A DNA stretch of 32,000 nucleotides from Xanthomonas campestris pv. campestris str. ATCC 33913 (lineage in GTDB: Bacteria; Pseudomonadota; Gammaproteobacteria; Xanthomonadales; Xanthomonadaceae). Positions 8,643-16,643 of the stretch are shown here, piece by piece. The position numbers and the translations under genes are program-made. The notes under the pieces were generated by a model, which saw only the letters and a program-made list of their open reading frames with translations, did not search any database and was not told the origin of the DNA. The stretch is taken from assembly GCF_000007145.1 (NCBI RefSeq), contig NC_003902.1, positions 1,867,436 through 1,899,435 of the forward strand. The letters run 5' to 3'. How positions within the stretch are numbered: position 1 is the first letter of the stretch; every line of letters begins with the position of its first letter.

Positions 8643-8806
8643 AACTACGTCCCAAGCGCAGGGGCGGGTCCCATAAATCCTACTTGGCTCTTCAGAGATG
8701 GATAGCTACCCCAGCCGCTCCGCTCACGACCTCAACAGCGGGCCACGCGGGATGCTACGTTTGTTTAAGAATCCGACGTGCGCGCCGATAGGGACAGTGC
8801 CTGCTG

Positions 8807-8864
8807 ATGCGTGAGGACAAGGACGTGAGGAAGACGCTTATATTTGGAAACGGGCTAGGAATGG
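8807..8864 (+). pseudogene. 5' fragment (19 codons) of the SIR2-like gene, cut off by the IS3-family insertion
   Basis: ATG 8807 is the first start after an in-frame TAG at 8789. It encodes MREDKDVRKTLIFGNGLGM, containing the Gly-rich N-terminal loop expected of SIR2_2/DUF4917-type proteins. The frame rejoins 10069 onward once the IS is removed. Confidence 0.7.
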
Positions 8865-8938
8865 TGTCGACTCCCCGTAAAATTGATCCATCCATAACTA
8901 GAGGTCTCCGGGCACACTAGCCACCAAGGAGACCACCA

Positions 8939-9205
8939 ATGCGCAAGAGCAAGTTCACCGAGAGCCAGATCGTCGCCACGCTGAAGCAGGTCGAGGGCGG
9001 TCGCCAGGTCAAGGATGTCTGTCGCGAGCTGGGCATTTCCGATGCGACGTACTACGTCTGGAAGTCCAAGTACGGCGGCATGGAGGCCGCTGACGTGCAA
9101 CGCCTCCGCGACCTGGAGACTGAGCACAACAAGCTCAAACGTATGTACGCCGATCTCGCGATGGAAAACCATGCATTGAAGGATGTCATCGCAAAAAAGC
9201 TGTAG
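8939..9205 (+). CDS. IS3-family transposase OrfA (HTH)
   Basis: MRKSKFTESQIVATLKQVEGG...YYVWKSKYGGMEAADVQRLRDLETEHNKLKRMYADL is the typical IS3/IS407 OrfA with a leucine zipper. Confidence 0.9.
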   Translation: MRKSKFTESQIVATLKQVEGGRQVKDVCRELGISDATYYVWKSKYGGMEAADVQRLRDLETEHNKLKRMYADLAMENHALKDVIAKKL

Positions 9206-10047
9206 ACCCGGCGCATAAGCGCCCGCTTCTTGCCTGGCTCATCGAGCAGCATGGCTGGAGCGAGCGCCGGGCTTGTGCGGTGGTTGGCGTGGCTCGCTCG
9301 ACAGCACGTTATCGGCGCCGTCCCGATCGGGATGAGGAGGTTATTGCGCTGTTGTCCGAGTTGGCCGAGCGTTTTCCCGAGCGCGGATTTGGAAAGCTTT
9401 TTCAGATCATCCGTCGTCGCGGACATCTGTGGAATCACAAGAGGGTCTGGCGCGTGTACTGCTTGATGAAACTCAATCAACGTCGCCGCAGCAAGCGCCG
9501 GGTACCGACGCGTCATCCACAGCCGCTGGCATGCGGTGATCGACCCAACGCTGGATGGTCGATCGATTTCATGTCTGATGCGCTATGGGATGGTCGACGG
9601 TTCCGCACGTTCAATGTCATCGACGATTTCAGTCGGGAAGCCTTGGCCATCGATGTGGACCTGAATCTTCCGGCTGCCCGCGTCATCCGCACGTTGGAAC
9701 GTATCGCAGCTTGGCGCGGCTATCCGAACAAGCTGCGTTTGGACAATGGCCCGGAATTTGTTGCATTGGCCTTGGCCGAGTGGGCTGAGCGCAAGGGTAT
9801 CGCGTTGGATTTCATCGAGCCGGGGCGTCCGATGCAGAACGGTTTTATCGAACGCTTCAACGGCAGCTACCGGCGTGGCGTATTGGATATGCACATATTC
9901 CGCACGCTGAGCGAGGTCCGCGAACAGACCGAACAGTGGCTGGCCGACTACAACCAACAAATACCGCACGACAGCCTGGGCGGGCTAACGCCCGCCGAGT
10001 TCCGTGAGCAACATCAACCGCAGACCTCTAGCTTTATCTGGCATTGA
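9193..10047 (+). CDS. IS3-family transposase OrfB (DDE integrase core), expressed as an OrfAB fusion by -1 frameshift
   Basis: The slippery heptamer AAAAAAG is at 9193-9199. The -1 frame reads KKAVDPAHKRPLLAWLIEQHGWSERRACAVVG..., continuing into an rve-type core (WSIDFMSD..., NGPEF..., ESFNG-like IERFNGSYR). Confidence 0.85.
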   Translation, partial: KKAVDPAHKRPLLAWLIEQHGWSERRACAVVGVARSTARYRRRPDRDEEVIALLSELAERFPERGFGKLFQIIRRRGHLWNHKRVWRVYCLMKLNQRRRSKRRVPTRHPQPLACGDRPNAGWSIDFMSDALWDGRRFRTFNVIDDFSREALAIDVDLNLPAARVIRTLERIAAWRGYPNKLRLDNGPEFVALALAEWAERKGIALDFIEPGRPMQNGFIERFNGSYRRGVLDMHIFRTLSEVREQTEQWLADYNQQIPHDSLGGLTPAEFREQHQPQTSSFIWH

Positions 10048-10994
10048 ATTGCGGGGAGTCGACATTGGCTCTTGACCCAACCCTGTTCTCGCTCGACGAG
10101 GCGATCGGACGGGCATGGGAAGGCGAAGGGATCTTTGATGCAGAGACGCGGGCCTTGGTTCGCTGCTGCCTAATGGATGATGGCGATACAGAGCGACCTC
10201 ACGGAGAGGGCGACCTAGACGCGCTTCAACTGGTGGTCTCGTCATGTGACTTCTTGGATCGGATGAGTCAAGGCGGTGCACATTGGCTCAGCGACCATGG
10301 GCAAAGATTTCCTGCCGCAGTGCGCAAGTTTCTTTATCAGACGGCACTCCAGTTCCACCGGAGGGATGTGCTCCTTCCGCTAGAGTTCGCTCAGCCGCTG
10401 GCCGCCTTTCTTCATGAGACCCACTCGCACGTCGCGACCCTTAACTACGACAACCTGCTGTATCAGCGAATGATTGAGGCGCATGTCCTCAGCGGATACG
10501 ACGGCGCGTTGGTTGACGGTATGCTGGGACGTGGCTTCTCGCCGGAGAACCTGGAGCGGAAATGGGGGCGAACTTTCGGCTACTACCTTCATCTACATGG
10601 TTCCCCACTGTTCATCGACCAGGACGACATCGTCCGAAAGTTGCAGCAGGGAGAGCTTGGTGGAGACGATGATGTAGTTGGCTCCCACATCGTGCTGACT
10701 CATGTCAAACACAAGCCCACGGTCATCGCCGCATCAGCGCTCTTGCAGAGCTATTGGCAGCACCTGGAGTCGGCCTTGGAGGAGTCCAACGAGGTCATAT
10801 TGTTTGGCTATTCCGGACTGGATACCCATCTCAATGAGCTGTTGGAGCGACGGTCACCGGAACGCATCCGCGTGGTGGAATGGGATGGTTCCGGTGAACA
10901 GGCAAAAAGAGAGGTCTTTTGGAAAAAAGCGCTAGGCAAGGAAACAGCTGTCACGCGAATGGAGAGCATCCTGGCGTTCGCCGATTGGGGCTGA
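10044..10994 (+). pseudogene. 3' portion of the SIR2-like (SIR2_2/DUF4917-type) NADase-family gene, separated from its start by the IS
   Basis: Motifs are HVATLNYDNLLYQ (catalytic Asn region), YYLHLHGSPLF (catalytic His region) and VILFGYSGLD. The first 7 codons of the tracked ORF are IS-derived. Native sequence starts at about 10066. Confidence 0.7.
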
Positions 10995-11138
10995 GAGGTA
11001 TGTCCAAAGTCGGCGTGAATGCCTAGGCGGCGGTGGCGCTGGCCGCGCGCTGCGAGCCGGAGGGTTGCAACCTCTTGCAAATCTAGCCTTCCCTCATAGT
11101 GATTTTCTTGGATCAAATTGTGGGTCCACATCCACTAG

Positions 11139-12297
11139 GGATGGTCTGATCAACGGCGTCGGAGGATGAGCCCAACTACATCGGCCAGGCTGACGGCGCT
11201 CAGATCCTCGATTTTTTTGCCGTTTCCGGCGCGTTTGCAGGGTGTTGCCTGCGTTACAGGCGCACGCTCCCCATAGCAGGCAATAACTGCTTTCGCTTCA
11301 TCCACAGGTTTGACAGCGCAAACAGCGTCAGCACCTGCGCGGTGTTCTTCGCCAGGCCGCGATAGCGGACCTTGGTGTAACCGAACTGGCGCTTGATCAC
11401 CCGGAACGGATGCTCCACCTTCGCACGCACGCTGGCCTTGAAGTGTTCCCAGCGCTGTTCCCGAGCACGCTCCCGCTTGTTGCCGATGGCTTGAAGCACC
11501 GAACGCTTGGCAGCAATGAAAAATGCAGCCTCGCAGTCCTGCAGTTCTTCGCGCTTATCCGCACCGGTGTAGCCGCTGTCGCCAAACACGCTGTCTTCTT
11601 TGCCATGCAGCAATGCGTGCGTCACCGTGACATCGGCGACGTTGGCGGCTGTGCAATGGACGTGGTGCACCAACCCGGAAAATTCATCCACGCCGATGTG
11701 CGCCTTCATCCCGAAATACCACTGATTGCCCTTCTTGGTCTGATGCATCTCAGGGTCGCGCGCATGGTCGGCGTTCTTGGTCGAACTGGGCGCCGCGATC
11801 AGCGTCGCATCGACGATCGTGCCCGACCGCAGGCTCTGGCCCTTGCGCGCCAGATGCGCGTTGACCGCTTCCAGCATCCGCGCGGCAAGGCCATGGGTCT
11901 CCAGCAGGCGGCGAAAGTTGAGAATCGTGGTCTCGTCCGGAACGTTGTCCAAGCCACCGAGCTGGGCAAAGCGCCGCAAGGTCGGGATCTCGTGCAGTGC
12001 TTCTTCCATCGCCGGATCGCTCAACGCATACCACTGCTGCAGCAGATGAATCCGCAACATCGTCGCCAGTGCGTACGGCTGCCGACCTGGCCGCCCCGAG
12101 ACCGGATAGTGCGGCGCGACCAGCCCGAGCAGTTGCTGCCACGGGACGACCTGCTCCATCTCGGCCAGAAAGATCTCCCGGCGCGTCTGCTTGCGCTTGC
12201 CCAGGCCCTCAGCGTCACCGAACGTCAGTTGCATGGATCACCCCTCAACATCAGGCGGGTAGTGTCGCGTATCTGTGGTGCGTTGTTCAGAGGTTCC
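11139..12297 (-). mobile_element. IS5-family insertion sequence, 1159 bp, with a CTAG target-site duplication
   Basis: Imperfect terminal IRs are GGATGGTCTGATCAACG (11139-) and the complement of CGTTGTTCAGAGGTTCC (-12297). A perfect 4-bp direct repeat CTAG lies at 11135-11138 and 12298-12301. Confidence 0.85.
11254..12234 (-). CDS. IS5-family DDE transposase
   Basis: The 326-aa protein has the typical IS5-group sequence: MQLTFGDAEGLGKRKQTRREIFLAEMEQVVPW...DATLIAAPSSTKN...GMKAHIGVD...GDSGYTG...VEHPFRVIKRQFGY. Confidence 0.9.
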   Translation of the reverse strand: MQLTFGDAEGLGKRKQTRREIFLAEMEQVVPWQQLLGLVAPHYPVSGRPGRQPYALATMLRIHLLQQWYALSDPAMEEALHEIPTLRRFAQLGGLDNVPDETTILNFRRLLETHGLAARMLEAVNAHLARKGQSLRSGTIVDATLIAAPSSTKNADHARDPEMHQTKKGNQWYFGMKAHIGVDEFSGLVHHVHCTAANVADVTVTHALLHGKEDSVFGDSGYTGADKREELQDCEAAFFIAAKRSVLQAIGNKRERAREQRWEHFKASVRAKVEHPFRVIKRQFGYTKVRYRGLAKNTAQVLTLFALSNLWMKRKQLLPAMGSVRL

Positions 12298-13048
12298 CTA
12301 GGTCAAATTTGATAATTTTAGCTTTAGGGAATAACCGTCGCGCAATTTCTCTAATCTCTTTCTGCAAGACGGGGATTGACTCATCGCTTTGATAGACGTG
12401 ATACCGCATAGTGGTAACGAGATTTACCGCGGATTCCAGGACTTGCTCACCCAGATTTGCTTTCAGATCTTTGTAACTGTAAGCGGCCCCTCTTGCCAGG
12501 GTGGAAGCTGCAAATGCAGGCTGAAACTCATCTAAGCAGTGCTTTGCTCTCAAGCGAGTAGCGACAAGTGTTTGGTCGAATCGTAATTGCTCAATGTGAA
12601 TTTTAAAAATGAGGTTCGGATCTGATGAATCGATTAGGAAATCCAAATCATCGATTTTTTGAGAAAGCCCTATGGTATCCGGAGGAACAAAGGCGTTCAT
12701 TCCGAGGGCGCAGTCCACGTCTTTTTCGAACTTGTCTAGTTCTTTTTTCATGGTTCTTATTTCGTTGTGCTGAGCGCCTAAAACCAGTAGCGACCGATTA
12801 ATTGCCGAAATTCGTCGCTGAACCTCCTTTTCCAACTCGCGACGTTCACCTAGTCGGAAGGCAAACTGCGCGCCGAAAAACGTGCTTAGAAGCGCAAGGA
12901 GCGCTAGGGCGAGGTCTTTTGATTGGATTTCCCCTGCCCATGCGAGAGTTGCTATGCAACCGGAGGCAGCCACGACGGCAAGGACATAGATCCAAGGTGC
13001 AAGTCGTGACTGTCTATTCATTTCTCTATTTTCTGGGGATGGGCGCAT
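12287..13048 (-). CDS. Low-GC membrane protein of unknown function (two N-terminal TM helices plus a helical domain); 3' end altered by IS5
   Basis: TM segments are LAPWIYVLAVVAASGCIATLAWA and LALALLALLSTFFGAQFAF. The last 3 codons and the stop lie in the IS5 terminus. Without the IS the frame continues 13 codons to a TGA at 11094-11096. The likely start is ATG 13021. Confidence 0.55.
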   Translation of the reverse strand: MRPSPENREMNRQSRLAPWIYVLAVVAASGCIATLAWAGEIQSKDLALALLALLSTFFGAQFAFRLGERRELEKEVQRRISAINRSLLVLGAQHNEIRTMKKELDKFEKDVDCALGMNAFVPPDTIGLSQKIDDLDFLIDSSDPNLIFKIHIEQLRFDQTLVATRLRAKHCLDEFQPAFAASTLARGAAYSYKDLKANLGEQVLESAVNLVTTMRYHVYQSDESIPVLQKEIREIARRLFPKAKIIKFDLGNL

Positions 13049-13151
13049 CGGAGTTGAAGCTGCATGAGGTTTATTCTCATGATGTGGAAAAATTGGTCAA
13101 TAGTCTAATGTTGAGTGACCGCAGCCCTTATATTTTTTCTGAGCCCTTGGA

Positions 13152-13373
13152 CTAGGGATAAAACTTGCTGGGATCGGCCAAGCACTTGGTGAACTGTCCC
13201 CGCTGGTAGCGCGGCAGCTCCACGTTGGGCTGATACAGCTCCAAAGCGTTGATCTGCTTGCTGCGCGTCACCTGCGGCCTCTTGTGGAGGTAGTGCCTGC
13301 GTAGCACTTGGACGCGGCCCCGTGGGTCTGTGCTGTGGCCTGTGACGAGCGCATCGTCCCTGAGCCGTTGCAC
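13152..13373 (-). pseudogene. C-terminal remnant of a tyrosine integrase
   Basis: LVTGHS...VELPRYQRGQFTKCLADPSKFYP* parallels LITGHS...VELPKYERGQFSECLADPSKFYP* of the intact integrase at 14893-16284. No N-terminal or catalytic core is present. Confidence 0.7.
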
Positions 13374-13418
13374 TCCTCATGGAGCCGCGATACGTTGATC
13401 ATTCCTAACAACTAGGGA

Positions 13419-13697
13419 GTGGCGGCGATGAACCTTCACAGATGGCTGGCGGCCCTGGCATGCGGCCTTGCCGTGAGCAGCCAAGCACCCGCCGCGACAC
13501 CGAAGACGGTGAATTATTACGCTGAGCACAACGAAGAACGGAAGACCGTTCTGGCTCGGTGTCGCGACAACCCTGGCGAGCTTCGCGAGACGCCGGATTG
13601 CGTCAACGCAGAAAGGGCGGATGCCAAGAAGGCCTTGGCTCGCCGTGGGCACTTGGACCTCAAGCCACTGACCGCTGAGGATTTTAAGAAGCCGTGA
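13419..13697 (+). CDS. EexN/TrbK-like entry-exclusion-type small secreted protein
   Basis: A signal peptide is followed by TVNYYAEHNEERKTVLARCRDNPGELRETPDCVNAE. This matches the YY..H..ER......C..NPGEL...P.C.NA pattern I recall for EexN-family lipoproteins of conjugative T4SS loci. Confidence 0.55.
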   Translation: MAAMNLHRWLAALACGLAVSSQAPAATPKTVNYYAEHNEERKTVLARCRDNPGELRETPDCVNAERADAKKALARRGHLDLKPLTAEDFKKP

Positions 13698-13871
13698 TTG
13701 GGGATGACAGGCGAGCCATGACAGGGTAGCCGTGCCTGAGTAACAGTAGACCTATAAACACAAGAGAAGGTCGCTCTTCCTGTGTTCACCATAGTGCAAA
13801 ACGAATTAGGTAGCACAAGCTAGGGTTCCGCTCCTCTGCGATCTGCTTCGCTTTTTCTGAGGCTGGAAGAG

Positions 13872-14711
13872 TCACCTGTAACGGGCAGCCCCATGCGTGC
13901 GCACAAGCACCTGGTCGCCCATAAAGCGTGGCAAGGTCAGCCCATCACAGGAGATCTTATTCAGCGATTTTTTTAGGCTACTCATCCGACAACTTGGGTA
14001 AAAGAAGCACGTAAAAGCCGGGAAGTGGCGCTCTGACGCTCGGGCCAACTCCCTTTTATCAGCCCAGCTGATGTCAGCATCCATCAAGCGCTCCCCGAAG
14101 GTCTGGCGTAGCGCTGAGAATCCGCTTTTTTTGATGCCATGAGAGCGCAAGTATCGAGCGAACTTGCTCCTAAGCCATGCGGCTGTGTCGGCTGTTCGCT
14201 CCCTCTGGCTGGTGCGAAAGAGTTCCCGCCTGTCCTTGCTTTTGATGGCTGCGACGTAGTCCGGAAACCCGGCATCAAGCAACACTTTCGGCACCGGAAT
14301 TGACCCTGTGCTATGCCTCTGTCGAGTTCGGTATTTGGAGGCAGTGGCGCTTTCCGATTCCGGCGCAGCTCGATTCTTGAGCACGATGCACATCAGCCCG
14401 GCGCGCTCGATGATGTCGTCGATAGACAGCGCAACCGTCTCCGACGCCCGGACACCCATGTAGAGTCCGAGCAAGGGTGCCCAAAAAAGCAGCGGTTCGT
14501 TGGCTGCCCATTGATCGTAGGCCGGAGATGCGAAAATCTTCGCTAGGTCGCTCTCAGCAAGACGCTGCGGGCGTTGGTGGTGAGATTCGGCATTCATAAC
14601 AAATGCGGTGCTTGCGGTGCTGCGAAGTGTTCGAAAGATTACTTTGCCAGGTAGGCGTTGATTGAGGAGAGAGGACAGATGTTCGGCAGTAGGCGTGCTG
14701 GTGATGCTCAT
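13872..14711 (-). pseudogene. Degenerate tyrosine-recombinase paralog (catalytic domain only, active-site motifs eroded)
   Basis: LLGLYMGVRASETVALSIDDI and IPVPKVLLDAGFPDYV align with the intact integrase. HAFRHT is replaced by FSALRQT, the GHS box and C-terminal Tyr region have diverged, and the N-terminal ~200 aa domain is missing. Confidence 0.5.
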
Positions 14712-14892
14712 GATTGAATTCCGAAAGGGTGGAGAAGGAAGGGTGGAGAAGGGCGTTGAGGTTTGAGCCGGCTGCGTCAGTCGTTTGGCCTCCGTCTTCA
14801 GTTGCCCAACAACGGGGGTCGAAGCAGGCGACATAGCGGTGGCGACAGCACCGCAACAAGGTTGCAAAACCGGACATCAGGGCAGGGCACGG

Positions 14893-16284
14893 TCAGGGGT
14901 AAAACTTGCTCGGGTCCGCCAAACACTCCGAAAACTGGCCACGCTCATACTTGGGCAACTCGACCGGCGGCTTGTATTTCGCCAGAATTCTGATCTGCGT
15001 GGCCCGGGCAAGCTTTGGCTTCTTGTGGAAATACGCGTCGTGCAAGACGGGCACGTTCTTCCGCAGCGAGTGGCCGGTAATGAGGGCGATGTCTTGGTCG
15101 GACACGTTCTTGTGGTGAAGCTCGGTGGCAAGCGTGTGGCGGAAGGCGTGAGCGCCGATCCCCTTTCCGAAGCCCAAGGTCTTCATGTAGCTGCTGAACT
15201 GGTTCACCGCGCCTTGGCTGTAGCGCGCATTGGTCTCTCCAGTCTCCCGGTTCACGCCCGCAGACAGATGCGGAAAGAGTCTGGGATGGCCAGTAGCCTT
15301 GATGTCCTCAATGAAATCCAGGAAACCAGCATCCAGCAATGGTTTGGGGATGGGCAGGGTGCGAACCGCTGCTTTGCCTTTTAGGCTTTGACGGCTCCTG
15401 TCTCGATCCTTATGCCTGAGATCGGCGTCGACCGTTTTTTGGATGCGGATGCACCACACCTTGGCCTCCTCAACGATGTCGGCCACCTTCAGCTGAGCGA
15501 GCTCGTTGATGCGCGCGCCCGTGTAGAGCGAGATCATGGGGAGCCACCACCGGTGGGGATACTTCTTGGCCCAAGCCGGGAACGTCTTGGGTGAAAAGAT
15601 GCGCTGAAGCTCTTCCTCGTCGAACAAGCGCTCGGGCTTGCTCGTGTCTACGACCAAGTCCTTCTTGATCTCAGCGAAAGCATCCATGGGCGACATGGGA
15701 ATCGCTTTCGCCTTTACCAGCTTGCTGAAGAAGGTCACCAGGAACCGCCGATGCTTCTCCAGCGTGGCGGGAGCCGGGGGCGCCACGCCGAGTTCCTTGC
15801 CAAGGGCGACGGCTTGTTCGAACGTGTAAGCCTGATATTTGGGATCGGACAGCAGAAGCGGTGGTGCCCAACGCATCAGGTCCCACAGCCTGTAGATGTG
15901 AGCATGGTCGATGCGCGAGACAGGAACGTCACCGCAGGCAATCCGCAAGAGCTTCAGCGACCGAGCCGTGTCTTCGACGGTCTCTTTGGCCAGGCCGCAA
16001 CGGTCGCGGTGCCCGAGGTAATCCGAGATCTCGACCGAGAGCAAGCGCGCCGGCGAGCCGAGGGGCAGGGGCTCGGGGTAGAGCGTTCGGTTCTTGCTGA
16101 GGCGCACCCGCCGAGAGCGCTCATCCGCGCGGTCAAAGAGTTCTAGTGCGTGGATCGCGGCTTCGCGACCCGTGATGTTGATTTCGGTCGCTCGGATGTT
16201 GCCGACGTGCGCGCCCTTGATTTGCAGGAGACCGAAGGGGGAGGTGATGTAATCGCGAAGCTGTTGCTGGACGATAGAGGACAT
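14893..16284 (-). CDS. int: Tyrosine-type site-specific integrase
   Basis: Catalytic motifs are YTGARINELAQLKVADI (Arg), HAFRHTLATEL (His-x-x-Arg), LITGHS and a C-terminal Tyr region. ATG 16284 has a GGAAG Shine-Dalgarno. The longer ORF to 16341 would translate a hairpin. Confidence 0.85.
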   Translation of the reverse strand: MSSIVQQQLRDYITSPFGLLQIKGAHVGNIRATEINITGREAAIHALELFDRADERSRRVRLSKNRTLYPEPLPLGSPARLLSVEISDYLGHRDRCGLAKETVEDTARSLKLLRIACGDVPVSRIDHAHIYRLWDLMRWAPPLLLSDPKYQAYTFEQAVALGKELGVAPPAPATLEKHRRFLVTFFSKLVKAKAIPMSPMDAFAEIKKDLVVDTSKPERLFDEEELQRIFSPKTFPAWAKKYPHRWWLPMISLYTGARINELAQLKVADIVEEAKVWCIRIQKTVDADLRHKDRDRSRQSLKGKAAVRTLPIPKPLLDAGFLDFIEDIKATGHPRLFPHLSAGVNRETGETNARYSQGAVNQFSSYMKTLGFGKGIGAHAFRHTLATELHHKNVSDQDIALITGHSLRKNVPVLHDAYFHKKPKLARATQIRILAKYKPPVELPKYERGQFSECLADPSKFYP

Positions 16285-16290
16285 TGCTTG

Positions 16291-16311
16291 CTTCCATTGT
16301 TTCAATGGAAG
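16291..16311 (-). promoter_or_regulatory. Perfect 9-bp inverted repeat (CTTCCATTG-TTT-CAATGGAAG) covering the integrase Shine-Dalgarno
   Basis: I read it directly from the sequence. The proximal arm contains the GGAAG SD, 7 nt before ATG 16284. Confidence 0.4.
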
Positions 16312-16643
16312 TAGTGATAATCCAGCCCGGAAATTCGTCAATCAAAAAGAGCAATTTTTTACTTTTCCTGAAGCAAACTCTACCGTAAAGGCCTAGCCTG
16401 AAATTCCGCCAAAATTATTATGTCTGGTTTAAGTGCGGTGGTCCTATATAATTCAATGGTTTAGCGGCGCGTCGGGGAATGATTTCGAGTGGTTTGCCCT
16501 GTCATTATTGTACTGTTTAATGCAAATAGGCTAACTAAATAGGCCTGCATGTTAGTTTTTAAGGTGTACCGTTCCTAAATGACTTGATCAAATGTTAGTA
16601 TTATCTAGGTAGATAAAGCAGCCAAAAACGGGAGTTAACTAAC

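Larger units (their letters stand above)
8865..10064 (+). mobile_element. IS3-family insertion sequence (IS407-like group), about 1.2 kb
   Basis: It has 13-bp perfect terminal inverted repeats: TGTCGACTCCCCG at 8865 and its complement ending at 10064. OrfA and OrfB are present with an A AAA AAG slippery site. The flanks are ATGG/TTGG, or a perfect 3-bp TGG duplication if the element ends at 10065. Confidence 0.85.

Noticed and set aside
8861-10068. 4-bp target-site duplication for the first IS3-family element
   Set aside because: ATGG and TTGG differ at one base. A 3-bp TGG duplication, with the element ending at 10065, fits perfectly and is reported instead. Either reading restores the same frame.
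8807-10994. SIR2-like gene as Thoeris ThsA
   Set aside because: The reconstructed protein (~328 aa) has no room for a SLOG domain, and there is no TIR-domain ThsB gene nearby.
11410-12312. 300-aa plus-strand ORF
   Set aside because: It is antisense to the clearly recognisable IS5-family transposase gene, so it is a shadow ORF.
16342-16643. Possible tRNA gene or att core next to the integrase
   Set aside because: I saw no cloverleaf-compatible sequence or T-loop-like GGTTCGAAT motif here, nor downstream of the integrase-related genes (13100-13151, 14868-14892). I could not confirm any direct repeat shared with another island end within the window.
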